Assembly (NCBI RefSeq): GCF_024762315.1 | Contig: NZ_JANTHR010000002.1 | DNA: 64,000 nt | Strand: one strand, 5' to 3' | DNA from: Sulfurovum sp. | GTDB taxonomy: Bacteria; Campylobacterota; Campylobacteria; Campylobacterales; Sulfurovaceae | Part shown: piece after piece, positions 1 to 9,146 of the stretch | Position numbering within the stretch: the stretch's first letter is position 1 | Layout of the letters: every line of letters starts with the position of its first letter | The notes under the pieces: generated by a model | What the model was told of the DNA's origin: nothing | Seen by the model: the letters and a program-made list of their open reading frames with translations, nothing else | Database searches by the model: none | Program-made: the position numbers and the translations under genes

Positions 1-38
1 TTCTATAAGCGTAAATGCCGGACGCTTAAGCATTTTTG

Positions 39-1550
39 TCAGCCATCCATGAGTCCGACACGGATCGCTTCTTCATAGCTTGTTTCTCCTGCAAGAAGCA
101 TCTCTTTAAGCTTGTCTGCAATAGTCTTCATACCGTTTCTTTTCATTGCATCGCGGATCTGATGATCATTGAGCCCGTCTTTCATCATCTCTTTTACCTG
201 ATCATCAACAATAAATAGTTCACCTATAGCCTGTCGGCCTTTGTATCCTGTAAAGTCGCACTCTTTACATCCGACTGCTTTGAAGTAGAGCTTCTCTTTG
301 GGTACCCCTATCTCCTCTGCTGTTGCCGGAGAGAGCAGAGATTCCTCTTTGCAGTGCGCACAAAGCCTTCTTGTAAGCCTCTGTGCGAGTACTCCCAAAA
401 GCGTAGCAGAGACAAGAAAATTCTCTATGCCCATATCCATCAGACGGCTAAGTGAAGAGGTAGCATCATTGGTATGCAGGGTAGAGAGCAGCAAGTGCCC
501 CGTCAAAGCGGAACGCAATGCAATATCCGCTGTTTCAGCATCACGTATTTCTCCTACCATGATGATATCCGGGTCCTGTCTCAAAATAGAACGCAATCCT
601 GAAGCAAAGGTAAGCCCGACCTTGGCATTAACCTGTATCTGGGAGATATTTTCTGCATTGTACTCAACAGGGTCTTCTACTGTGATAATATTTTTGTCCG
701 GTGTTGAAATATGCTGTAAGCATGCATGCAGTGTAGTGGATTTACCTGAACCCGTAGGTCCGGTCACCAGTATCATCCCGTGTGCATGGTTCAGCAGTCT
801 ATAGAGGTTTTTCGTAATGTCGTCCTGAAATCCTAACGATTCAAGTGTCGGTATATGTTCACTCTGTGCCAAGATCCTCATGACCACCCTCTCACCATGA
901 TAGGTAGGAAGCACGGAAACCCTTACATCCAAAGTTTTTCCGGAAATAGTGATCTGTGTACGTCCATCTTGCGGCAATCTCTTTTCAGAGATATCCAGAC
1001 TTGAGATGACTTTAATCCGGTTGATCACCAAGCCGGTAATGGTTCTCTCCAGATCAAGATGCTTTTTAAGTGCCCCGTCTATACGAAGCCTGACCTCGCC
1101 TTTTCTTTCCTGGCTCTCGATGTGGATATCACTTGCACCTTTTTTGATGGCTTGGAAAAAGAGAGAGTTAACAAGCTTAATAATGGGCGCAGAGTCCTCG
1201 CTGGAGAGAAGGTCCTGTGAGTTTCGAATGAACTCAAGCAGGTCACCCTCCACCTCTATGAGTTCTTCTGAGGTGGTTGACATATCTTCAAAATCTGAAC
1301 CTGTCTGTATCTCTAAAAATTTATTCTTTAGTCTTTCAAAACTCTCTTCATCAAGAAGTGTGATAGGGTAATCAAGAGAAAGTTTGGCATAATAGTTTAA
1401 GGCATCCCCTAAAGTATTTTGTTCAACGATCGCTGTCTTTGCACCGTCAATGGTGCTAAAGAGCAGAGAATGTTTCAGGGCAAGCTTATGGTTGATCTCT
1501 TCTTCCCAGAGAGGTTCAAGATTGACATCCTTTAGGCGAGGGAACTGCAT
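39..1550 (-). CDS. gspE: Type II secretion ATPase GspE (PulE/GspE family)
   Basis: 503 aa. Walker A GPTGSGKSTTL, Asp box IMVGEIRD, His box LSTLHTND. C-terminal tetracysteine CAHC...CKEC typical of GspE. Long N-terminal domain. Adjacent to the secretin gene. Confidence 0.9.
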   Translation of the reverse strand: MQFPRLKDVNLEPLWEEEINHKLALKHSLLFSTIDGAKTAIVEQNTLGDALNYYAKLSLDYPITLLDEESFERLKNKFLEIQTGSDFEDMSTTSEELIEVEGDLLEFIRNSQDLLSSEDSAPIIKLVNSLFFQAIKKGASDIHIESQERKGEVRLRIDGALKKHLDLERTITGLVINRIKVISSLDISEKRLPQDGRTQITISGKTLDVRVSVLPTYHGERVVMRILAQSEHIPTLESLGFQDDITKNLYRLLNHAHGMILVTGPTGSGKSTTLHACLQHISTPDKNIITVEDPVEYNAENISQIQVNAKVGLTFASGLRSILRQDPDIIMVGEIRDAETADIALRSALTGHLLLSTLHTNDATSSLSRLMDMGIENFLVSATLLGVLAQRLTRRLCAHCKEESLLSPATAEEIGVPKEKLYFKAVGCKECDFTGYKGRQAIGELFIVDDQVKEMMKDGLNDHQIRDAMKRNGMKTIADKLKEMLLAGETSYEEAIRVGLMDG

Positions 1551-1552
1551 CC

Positions 1553-3541
1553 TTACTCCTCTGTATCCAAGATACTAAGATTGCTTTTGTGTGTTCTACG
1601 TATTCTACGGTGGGCAGGTGCGATCTTAATAGTTGCATCTTCTTCTATGCCTGTCTCCTTATTGAGCCCTTTGCGGACAAAGGCATTATATTTGGTCTGA
1701 ATCTCTTCGAGTTCACTGAGTACCTGTCTTAACTGCTGCAGGTCACCACTTTTTCTAACAATATACGGAGTCAGGTAGATTACAACATTGATCTTGTTGG
1801 ACATGTCTCCTCTGGAGGTAAAGAGTTCACCCAAAATAGGAATATCTCCTAAAAGCGGCACTTTAGTAACACTTTTCCCTCCCGACTGCTTCATAAGTCC
1901 ACCTAAAATGATCGTCTCGCCGTTATTGACAATGGCATTGGTTGTAACTTTTCTCTTTGTTGTAGTAGGTCTGTCTGCAGACGCACTTGAACCCGGCAGA
2001 ATGTCTTCTATCTGTGCTTCAACTTCAAGGGTTACCTTATTGTTGCTGGAGAGTCTTGGTTTGACTTTTAGCGTAATACCGATGTCTTCTCTGGAGTAGT
2101 TGTTAATGATATTCCCCTGTCCCTGTGTCGACTGCTGCGCCTGCGTCAAGATGGACTGTGTACGCCCTACCTCAATGGAAGCTTCTTTGTTGTTTGTACA
2201 CAAAACAGACGGCTCACTCAAAATATGTGCTGCACCGTTTTGTTTAAGCAGATCCAACTTTGCACCTAATGCAAAAACTTCACTAATACCGTCGTCGAAT
2301 TTAAAAGGTCTGCTCTCGCTTGTAATTGCATTTCCGTTATTATCCAGTTGTGTAGTCTGGGTATTCAAAAAGCCCAATAAGGTAGGGGAAATCATCAATG
2401 AAGAAGCTCCCAGATTTGCTGCTGCAGAAAAAAGCCCTTGTGAAGTGATTTTTCCTCCTTCAAATCCGTAACGTATTCCTATCTGCTCAGCCAGATCCGT
2501 ATTGATCTCCACAATACGTGCTTTCACATAGACCTGTACCTTGGGAATATCTATCTTCTTCACCGTCTCACGGATATTCCTGATCTGCTCTCCTGTTGCA
2601 AGGACGATCAGGGCATTTCTCTCTACATCAGAGACGACCATGGCTTTACTGGGTGGTTTTGCACCTTTTCCAGGCTTTTTAATGGCAACATTATTCATCT
2701 GCGCAACAAGCTTTGAGAGTATCTTCTCCATCTCTTCTACATTGGAGTTCTTTAGACGGATCACATACATTTTTTGCGTCTGGTCTTCACCCTTCATGTC
2801 AAGCTGTTTGATATAGCGGATCATGCGGCTGTTGTTCTCCGGTTTTCCTACCAAGATAATGGAATTGGTCGCTTCATCTTTAAATACATCTACTTTTTGG
2901 CTCTCTATGGTTTGCGGGAAAAGCTTCTTGGACATACTCTGGGCATTTTTGAAAACATCTTTCACCGAGGAGTTCTGTAGTCTGACGATCGTTGAGCGCT
3001 TCTCACCTCTCTCTTCTACTGCCTTAATGATCTTGGCAATGGAACGCAGGGTTCTTGGGTTGGCTGTAATAGCCAGTACATTATTCTCTTTAAAGGAGAT
3101 TACTTTGGCGTTCTTATGAAGCAATGGTTTGATCTTTGCACGGATGACCGCTGCGTTGGAGCTTTTAAGCGGGAACATCACAGTTTTCATCGTATCTCCC
3201 TCAATACTGCTGCTTACAGGGAGCCCTTCTCCTGCAGCATTGGCACTCTTGACCACCTTGTAATACTCACCCTGATCTACCAGTGTCAAGCCTTTACTTT
3301 GCAAAATGGAATTTGCCAATGGAAGCAGGGAACTCTTTTTAATCGGTGTTGTTGATACAAAGTTGATCTTGCCTTTCAGGTCCTCCTCTATCAAAATATT
3401 TTTATGGGTGATCTTGGAGACCATTTCTACAAAATCTTTAACACTTAGGTTTCGGAAATTCACATCTACTTTTTCATCTTCGGCATGCAGCCCCATGGAC
3501 AACACAAGCAACAGTCCCAATACTATTTTAGTTAATTTCAT
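1553..3541 (-). CDS. gspD: Type II secretion secretin GspD
   Basis: 662 aa. Signal peptide, N0-like start (VDVNFRNLSVKDFVEMVSKIT), repeated N-domains, C-terminal secretin core (VPLLGDIPILGELF). 14-nt overlap with the upstream gspC-like gene. Confidence 0.9.
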   Translation of the reverse strand: MKLTKIVLGLLLVLSMGLHAEDEKVDVNFRNLSVKDFVEMVSKITHKNILIEEDLKGKINFVSTTPIKKSSLLPLANSILQSKGLTLVDQGEYYKVVKSANAAGEGLPVSSSIEGDTMKTVMFPLKSSNAAVIRAKIKPLLHKNAKVISFKENNVLAITANPRTLRSIAKIIKAVEERGEKRSTIVRLQNSSVKDVFKNAQSMSKKLFPQTIESQKVDVFKDEATNSIILVGKPENNSRMIRYIKQLDMKGEDQTQKMYVIRLKNSNVEEMEKILSKLVAQMNNVAIKKPGKGAKPPSKAMVVSDVERNALIVLATGEQIRNIRETVKKIDIPKVQVYVKARIVEINTDLAEQIGIRYGFEGGKITSQGLFSAAANLGASSLMISPTLLGFLNTQTTQLDNNGNAITSESRPFKFDDGISEVFALGAKLDLLKQNGAAHILSEPSVLCTNNKEASIEVGRTQSILTQAQQSTQGQGNIINNYSREDIGITLKVKPRLSSNNKVTLEVEAQIEDILPGSSASADRPTTTKRKVTTNAIVNNGETIILGGLMKQSGGKSVTKVPLLGDIPILGELFTSRGDMSNKINVVIYLTPYIVRKSGDLQQLRQVLSELEEIQTKYNAFVRKGLNKETGIEEDATIKIAPAHRRIRRTHKSNLSILDTEE

Positions 3542-4373
3542 ATTCTAACTCCATTTCTTCTTTTCCTCTTTGAATGACCAAAGTGGCATTCTCTATATTT
3601 TGGATATTTTTATACATTTTAAATGCTGCATTATAGCTATTTATCTCTTGTCCATTGATAGTTTTGATCACATCACCCCTTTTCACTCCCAGTTTGGCAA
3701 AGGGACTGCCTTTTCTCACAAAGGTGATCTTGAATCCTTTAAGGTCTCCACCCTTTTTAACCTCAGTAATACCGATATTTTTATAGATATCATCCATGTT
3801 CTTTGCGTAATGCTCAAGCAGTGCCCGGTCTATGATCTTACGGTCACCGACATCTGTGATCTCTCCTTCAGCTTTGGCAGAAGAGAAAGAAGCTGAAGGT
3901 GCAGCACTCTTTTGAATGGTGCTCACACTTTTACCGTTGTGCTTTCCTTTCAAAAGATCTACTTTATAGGTTTTTGAATTTTTGCTGAACGTTGCAAAGT
4001 TGCTGCCTGCGCCTTCCAGCACAAAACCGTTAATATCATCCCCTTTGGAGAGGACCTTTGTTTTATGCTTATACTCCACTACTATGACAGTTGCATCTGA
4101 AGCATTGTAGATGGCCAAAAGCGTAATGTCCTTAATGCTTCCTGCGGGCTTTCTTGTCTTAGCCGGTGCTTTTTTTACCGGAGCAGGGGCTTCATTGGGT
4201 GTGAGCTTGACCCTGTAGTAGAGAGACTTTCCGCCTGTCTCTTCCACATGCTCTACCCCTGAAGCAGGAAGCCATTTCATCTCCACAGCGAACCAGGCAA
4301 GCTTGATGAGTACCAAAAGTACTAAAATCGTGATGATCCACCTAAAGGCTGCGGGCTTAAAAAGATGTTTCAT
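3528..4373 (-). CDS. gspC: GspC-like T2SS inner-membrane protein (TM + HR-like region + C-terminal PDZ)
   Basis: 281 aa. N-terminal TM (WIITILVLLVLIKLAWFAV), central beta-rich region, PDZ-like C-terminus (GFKITFVRKGSPFAKLGVKRGDVIKTINGQEI). Lies directly upstream of gspD. Confidence 0.6.
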   Translation of the reverse strand: MKHLFKPAAFRWIITILVLLVLIKLAWFAVEMKWLPASGVEHVEETGGKSLYYRVKLTPNEAPAPVKKAPAKTRKPAGSIKDITLLAIYNASDATVIVVEYKHKTKVLSKGDDINGFVLEGAGSNFATFSKNSKTYKVDLLKGKHNGKSVSTIQKSAAPSASFSSAKAEGEITDVGDRKIIDRALLEHYAKNMDDIYKNIGITEVKKGGDLKGFKITFVRKGSPFAKLGVKRGDVIKTINGQEINSYNAAFKMYKNIQNIENATLVIQRGKEEMELEYEIN

Positions 4374-4872
4374 AGTACCATCCTTTCTCGTCTTTTTTCA
4401 ACTGTGACTTAATGGAGTCTATCTCTTTAGGTTCAATAAAATCCAAACGAAGTGTTCGTTCTTTCAGGTCGGCATCTCCATCAACCAGACCGAAACTTCC
4501 TTCTGCGTGGATGGATACATTCAATACAGAGAACAGAGTATGGGTCAGTACAGCTTTGTCTGTATGTTGCGGTGCCATGGATTTAAGCGAGTCATCCAAC
4601 ACCAGATTATCGATCTGGGCTTTTGTATAAAAGAGCAGTGTGAAAAAGCTTACCTTTTCAACTGTTGCGACCTTGATCCCCTTCACATAGACCGAAGCAT
4701 TATGAAGTGTCAACGAGAAAACACCTTCATCTATGCTCTCTTCATTGACCTCTACACCCTGTTTCGCAAGCTCTTTTTCAAGTTTGTAGTAGAGCTCCTG
4801 CTTAGGCATGAAGAACAGAAGTGCAAACCAAGCAACAAAAAGCAGTATGAAAATTTTTTTTACCATTTGCAT
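4357..4872 (-). CDS. Bitopic membrane protein, possibly GspN-like (positional call only)
   Basis: 171 aa. A single N-terminal TM (IFILLFVAWFALLFFM) then a periplasmic domain. Overlaps both neighbours inside the T2SS operon. I recognise no diagnostic motif. Confidence 0.3.
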   Translation of the reverse strand: MQMVKKIFILLFVAWFALLFFMPKQELYYKLEKELAKQGVEVNEESIDEGVFSLTLHNASVYVKGIKVATVEKVSFFTLLFYTKAQIDNLVLDDSLKSMAPQHTDKAVLTHTLFSVLNVSIHAEGSFGLVDGDADLKERTLRLDFIEPKEIDSIKSQLKKDEKGWYYETSF

Positions 4873-5261
4873 TTAAACTCCACATTGTAGGATGAGCCGA
4901 CCTTTTGTATGTCAAGAAGCTGTATCTGTACAGCAAGATTCATGATCTTTGTCGTAAGCTTGTTCAGCTCGCTTGCGCTTAATCCTGTATAGGTTGCTGT
5001 AAGCTTTTTGCCTTTTTTGCTCCATTTTACTTTGGATGCAGGCATAAGCTCTTTTAACTTATCCAGCTTTTTGGAGATCTTTTTGTCTGCCCAGACCCTT
5101 TTGAGAGCTACGATCTCTTTGAACGCATTAACCGATTGTTTCAATTCTCCTGCCTGTTTCGCTCCTGAAGAGACCTGGGCATTCTTGTAAAAAAATGCTG
5201 TAAGCATCAAAAGCAGTGCCAAAAGTGCGATGAGTTCATTCTGATGTTTTTTCAGATTCAT
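4860..5261 (-). CDS. Bitopic membrane protein, GspM-like (topology and position)
   Basis: 133 aa. N-terminal TM (LIALLALLLMLTAFF) plus a ~100-aa periplasmic domain. 4-nt overlap with the upstream GspL-like gene. Confidence 0.35.
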   Translation of the reverse strand: MNLKKHQNELIALLALLLMLTAFFYKNAQVSSGAKQAGELKQSVNAFKEIVALKRVWADKKISKKLDKLKELMPASKVKWSKKGKKLTATYTGLSASELNKLTTKIMNLAVQIQLLDIQKVGSSYNVEFKCKW

Positions 5262-6193
5262 AATACCCCCTCGATCTCAACACTGTTTCTTCCCGTATTT
5301 TTCACTTTTGGGAATTTTTCTTTTTTTGCCAACTGACTCAGACGCCCGGCTACTTTTTCATCACTGCAGGAGAACTGTGCTTTAAAGCCTTTGTCATTGA
5401 CCAGAAGGGAAGTCAGGGTAGCCCCTTTGAAGATAAGTCCTGAGAGCGATTTAATGATCTCTCTTTTTCTTCTCTCTTTACTGTCTATGCTTCTATATTT
5501 GTCTGCGATGCTCTCTCTTTGTATCCTACTCTGTAAAGAGGGGTATGCTTCCTGAAGTTCCTGCATCTCTGCCTGCAGCGCATTTGAACCTTTGGAATAA
5601 CGCAGGCCCTCTGCCGTAAATATCGCCGCAAAGACAATAAAGATCACTGCTAATGCTATTGCCTGTTTCATCGTCAACAATGAGCCGCCATGCATCCCTT
5701 TAAGCGTAATGCCTGTTCTTGGAGTAAAACTATTGGTGAACGGTATGGGTTTTACCTCTTCATCCAATGCTGCCTGAGGAACTACCACAACGGTATTGTC
5801 CAAAGCGACCAGTGCCTCACCCTCACCCAAAAGTACCGGTGCCGTAAAATGCTCAAGCGCCTGTTGAGCAAAAAAGATCTTACCTACCTCTTCGGGCTTG
5901 ATACCTTTAGAAAGAAGCAATGATCTTATCTGCCCCGGATTATAGGCGATGAATACCCATTTGCCCTCTTCTTTGTACACCAGGTACTCATAGGTACCCA
6001 CTTCTTCAAGCAGTCCCTCAAAAAGAGAAGGTGCTATCTTTTTGGCCTGGTAGAGATACTTCACCGGAAGTTCTTCTTTTTTAAGCGTGTAGTACTGCGG
6101 CGTGAGCATCACATCTACACTGTGTGAGAGAAACACACGTTTCATCCCGGCATGGACCAGCAGCAGTTCTTTATTGCTTCCCATAAAATTCAA
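5258..6193 (-). CDS. GspL-like assembly-platform protein (topology and position)
   Basis: 311 aa. ~175-aa cytoplasmic domain, one central TM (AIALAVIFIVFAAIFTA), ~110-aa periplasmic domain, which is GspL architecture. Embedded in the operon. Confidence 0.4.
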   Translation of the reverse strand: MNFMGSNKELLLVHAGMKRVFLSHSVDVMLTPQYYTLKKEELPVKYLYQAKKIAPSLFEGLLEEVGTYEYLVYKEEGKWVFIAYNPGQIRSLLLSKGIKPEEVGKIFFAQQALEHFTAPVLLGEGEALVALDNTVVVVPQAALDEEVKPIPFTNSFTPRTGITLKGMHGGSLLTMKQAIALAVIFIVFAAIFTAEGLRYSKGSNALQAEMQELQEAYPSLQSRIQRESIADKYRSIDSKERRKREIIKSLSGLIFKGATLTSLLVNDKGFKAQFSCSDEKVAGRLSQLAKKEKFPKVKNTGRNSVEIEGVL

Positions 6194-7130
6194 AATTTTT
6201 CACCTCTCCTTGAATATCTACAAACCTAAACATAAATCTCTCACCACCGTACCCATACACTATCTCACACCAAGACATAGGCAGAAACTCTTTTGTAAAA
6301 AGTTTTGGACTGTACTTATCGCCTTCACCCATATTTTGTACAAATGTTTTAAGTTTCATCTCACTCTCTATCCACTCTTCTTTTACGGTCGCCAGATCGA
6401 TATCGAAAAGCAAAGAGATCAGTTCAGGTGATATATAGTCTCCGTCTATCCTGTCTCCTGTGACTACTTTTCCTTTTTTGTCTTTTTTGATCTCGTTGAA
6501 TACAAAAAACTTTTTCCAGGGTACCCTGCTTACCTTCGGATCATCCGCTTCAAACTGATAACGCTGCAAAATAGCCTCAAATTGTCTGAATGATATAATA
6601 CCATTTTTTTGTCGAAGTCTGCTTTGCTCTCTCTGCACAGATGTCTCATCCGGCTTTCCAATCTCCTCAAGTATCATATCCTGCAGTCTTGTCGCATCTT
6701 CCAAGCCGTAGCTTTGGACAATAGACTCAAACACTTTCTGTGCGGAAGTATACTGCTCTTGCATTTGCTGATCATTACCTAGCCCCATCCAGTTGATATT
6801 CACACCGTTCGCCAGGGGACGGCAGTGAACCATTACTGAGAACCTTCCATCTTCTGAAGCAAGCGGGATAGCTGTCTGATAGAGTTGTGTATAGAGTCCT
6901 TTTCTGTTTTTCTTAAATTTTTTATCAAGCATTTGCTTAAGGTCTGAATAATAGAGATCTCCCTGTATGAGCGCCTTGGTATAGGTCGCATCCCGTCTGA
7001 CATTGTCAAGGTACCCTATAAGTACCCCTGTCAAGGCAATAATGACTGCCAGTACAGAGAGGGTGAGGATAAGGGCAAACCCTTTTCTGTGGGAAACTCT
7101 TTGGGGTATGGTATATGTGGGTTTATCCAT
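6171..7130 (-). CDS. gspK: GspK-like minor pseudopilin
   Basis: 319 aa. Prepilin-like N-terminus HRKG|FALILTLSVLAVIIAL lacking Glu at +5, as in GspK, and a large globular domain. First gene of the minus-strand operon, divergent from gspG. Confidence 0.5.
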   Translation of the reverse strand: MDKPTYTIPQRVSHRKGFALILTLSVLAVIIALTGVLIGYLDNVRRDATYTKALIQGDLYYSDLKQMLDKKFKKNRKGLYTQLYQTAIPLASEDGRFSVMVHCRPLANGVNINWMGLGNDQQMQEQYTSAQKVFESIVQSYGLEDATRLQDMILEEIGKPDETSVQREQSRLRQKNGIISFRQFEAILQRYQFEADDPKVSRVPWKKFFVFNEIKKDKKGKVVTGDRIDGDYISPELISLLFDIDLATVKEEWIESEMKLKTFVQNMGEGDKYSPKLFTKEFLPMSWCEIVYGYGGERFMFRFVDIQGEVKNFEFYGKQ

Positions 7131-7187
7131 TTAAAAGCTCTATTAAAGTAAAATCATATTCGAAAGATTATTATACCAAGGATTGAT

Positions 7188-7634
7188 GTGAAAGAACTAA
7201 AGAACTTAGAAACTAAAAAATTAAGAGCAGGGTTTTCCCTGATAGAATTACTCATTGTCATCGTTATCTTGGGCGGGCTGGTTGCAGTTGTGGCACCAGG
7301 GCTTATGGACTCTGCAGAGCAGGCAAAAAGAGATACGGTATGCCTTAAAATGAATGACCTTAAAAAGAGACTTGATATGTTCAAACTGGACAATGGTGTC
7401 TACCCGGATACCGAAGAGGGCTTTGAAGCACTTTTAAGCAACCCTGATGCGGACAAGTATCCAAACTACCGTGCAAAACCCTACTTGAAAAAACTGCCTA
7501 AAGATTCATGGAAGACGCCTTTCGTCTACATTAAAAAAGGAGATGATGTAGAGATCATCTCTTTTGCGGCTGACAGGAAAGAAGGAGGGGAAGAGAACGG
7601 CAAAGATATACTCTTTTCTGACTGCAACAAATAA
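7188..7634 (+). CDS. gspG: Major pseudopilin GspG
   Basis: 148 aa. GTG start with AAGGA 6 nt upstream. Class III signal ...KKLRAG|FSLIELLIVIVILGGL with Glu+5. Typical GspG body (DNGVYPDTEEGFEALL..., PFVY). Confidence 0.9.
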   Translation: MKELKNLETKKLRAGFSLIELLIVIVILGGLVAVVAPGLMDSAEQAKRDTVCLKMNDLKKRLDMFKLDNGVYPDTEEGFEALLSNPDADKYPNYRAKPYLKKLPKDSWKTPFVYIKKGDDVEIISFAADRKEGGEENGKDILFSDCNK

Positions 7635-7670
7635 TAGACTTCATGCTGATACTCAAAAAGAGGCGGACAG

Positions 7671-8195
7671 ATGCATAAGGGATTCTCACTCTTGGAACTT
7701 CTTATTGTTATTTTGATCGTCTCGGTCATCTATTTCCTTGGCTTCAGCGGTATTGAAAGACCTGAAAGCAAACCTAAAGCCCTTACCCCTTTAAATTTAA
7801 AATCCGTCATCATGAAATCCAAAGGCTTTCATGGAGAAGCTACGCTGATGTGTGTAGATAAATGCCGATCCTGCTATTTGCGCAGCGGTGTACAGAATGC
7901 TTTTGCGCCCTATGAAAACGGTATTGACCTTAAAGATATAGAGGCATACACATTGGATGAAAGAGAATCTCTTTTGCGTTTAGAGTATGGCAGATACAGG
8001 GACAAAAAGATCTGCCTGGTATTGGATTTTTACCAGAATGGAAGCAGTACACAGATCATTTTGAAAGATGATGAAGGCGTCTATTTCCTTCCTTCATTTT
8101 TTGGTGAAGCACAAAAGGCAGACTCGCTTGAAGATGCCAAAGAACTTTGGCTTAAAAACAGTGACCTTGTCTCTAACAGTGGAGATTTCTATTGA
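7671..8195 (+). CDS. Minor pseudopilin (GspH-sized)
   Basis: 174 aa. Leader MHKG|FSLLELLIVILIVSVIY with Glu+5. Confidence 0.7.
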   Translation: MHKGFSLLELLIVILIVSVIYFLGFSGIERPESKPKALTPLNLKSVIMKSKGFHGEATLMCVDKCRSCYLRSGVQNAFAPYENGIDLKDIEAYTLDERESLLRLEYGRYRDKKICLVLDFYQNGSSTQIILKDDEGVYFLPSFFGEAQKADSLEDAKELWLKNSDLVSNSGDFY

Positions 8196-8599
8196 AACCG
8201 TTACGCCCTGCTTTTACCATTATTGAAGTGCTCATCTCTGTACTTATCCTCTCTACCTCCATTGTCTATGTCCTGCAGGTACATTCGCAAAACCGTGAAC
8301 GGATCATTTATATTTCAGAGAGAAACAAGTTATCATTGCAGGACTCTCTTTTTTTAACACCTGATGTAGTCAAGTACCATAAAGACAAAAAAGAAGCCTA
8401 TGAGCTACTGCAACGCCATTTTAAAATAAAAGAGATGAAAAGCAGAGAGATCTTAAAAAAGATCTCCAGGGAATTCTTCATCCCCGAGCAGATCACGATC
8501 ATACCGCCGGAAGAGACTGGAGGCTACGGTGCACTGGTTGATGAGATCAAAATTAAAGACAAATACTCTTCATCGTATTTTCATTTCAAACTGCAGTAG
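8192..8599 (+). CDS. Minor pseudopilin (GspI-sized), atypical leader
   Basis: 135 aa. MKPLRPA|FTIIEVLISVLILS with Glu+5 present but Ala rather than Gly at -1. TTG start overlaps the preceding stop (TTGA). Confidence 0.6.
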   Translation: MKPLRPAFTIIEVLISVLILSTSIVYVLQVHSQNRERIIYISERNKLSLQDSLFLTPDVVKYHKDKKEAYELLQRHFKIKEMKSREILKKISREFFIPEQITIIPPEETGGYGALVDEIKIKDKYSSSYFHFKLQ

Positions 8600-9075
8600 T
8601 GACGTTTCTTGCTGTTTTTAATGAAGGCGATGAAAAGTCCCAATCCCGTAAGCATCAACAGCGCATTCCCCACAAGATCATGCGACCAGTAGAACTCCTC
8701 CTGCCCGTTACCGGTCTGTGTAGCATAGGACACAAACAGAAGACGCATTATGTTGACTACGGAAAAAACAATATACCCTATGAGCAGCCAAAGCAGTTTA
8801 TGTAACACAGAAGAAGGGTAGGCAAGAATGGAAGCAAAGAGAAAAAGTATAGGGATCATCCCGTTACAGGCTTGATTGATAATGATCTTATAGTGTGGGT
8901 TTACCCAGATATCTATGCCTTTTAGTTGACCCGGTTCCAGAAATAGCCCGAGGAGGAAAAGTGTAAGCTTTGTCTGCCCTTCATTTAAAAGTGTAGAGAG
9001 CGCTGAGGTAGGTGCATAGAAAAATACGAACAACAAAGCCAAATAAAGAAAATAGAGTGCTGCAAATCGTTTCAT
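8581..9075 (-). CDS. Small polytopic membrane protein of the exosortase/archaeosortase (EpsH-like) family
   Basis: 164 aa, ~5 TM segments. Ordered motifs NQACNGM (Cys), VNIMRLL (Asn-x-x-Arg), WSHDLVGN (His-x-x-x-Gly) match the catalytic Cys/Arg/His layout of exosortases as I know them. No HMM was run. Confidence 0.55.
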   Translation of the reverse strand: MKRFAALYFLYLALLFVFFYAPTSALSTLLNEGQTKLTLFLLGLFLEPGQLKGIDIWVNPHYKIIINQACNGMIPILFLFASILAYPSSVLHKLLWLLIGYIVFSVVNIMRLLFVSYATQTGNGQEEFYWSHDLVGNALLMLTGLGLFIAFIKNSKKRHYCSLK

Positions 9076-9146
9076 GTGAAACTATAGCTAGATACAGCTA
9101 AAAAAGTTATAATACTACAATTCATGATACAAGGATCATCAGGTTA

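Noticed and set aside
1-38. Hairpin AAGCGT-N9-ACGCTT (minus strand) after the gspE stop as a terminator
   Set aside because: The stem is only 6 bp, there is no T-tract, and the window edge cuts the context. This is too weak to call.
298-1371. Plus-strand ORFs 298-804 and 949-1371, antisense to gspE
   Set aside because: Fully embedded opposite a strongly supported gene. Ser/Cys/Leu-rich composition typical of antisense frames. No start context.
8581-9075. Interpreting the 164-aa membrane protein as the missing prepilin peptidase GspO
   Set aside because: There are no paired Asp / GxGD-type motifs, and it is too small (peptidases are ~250 aa with 8 TM). Its motifs fit the exosortase family instead.
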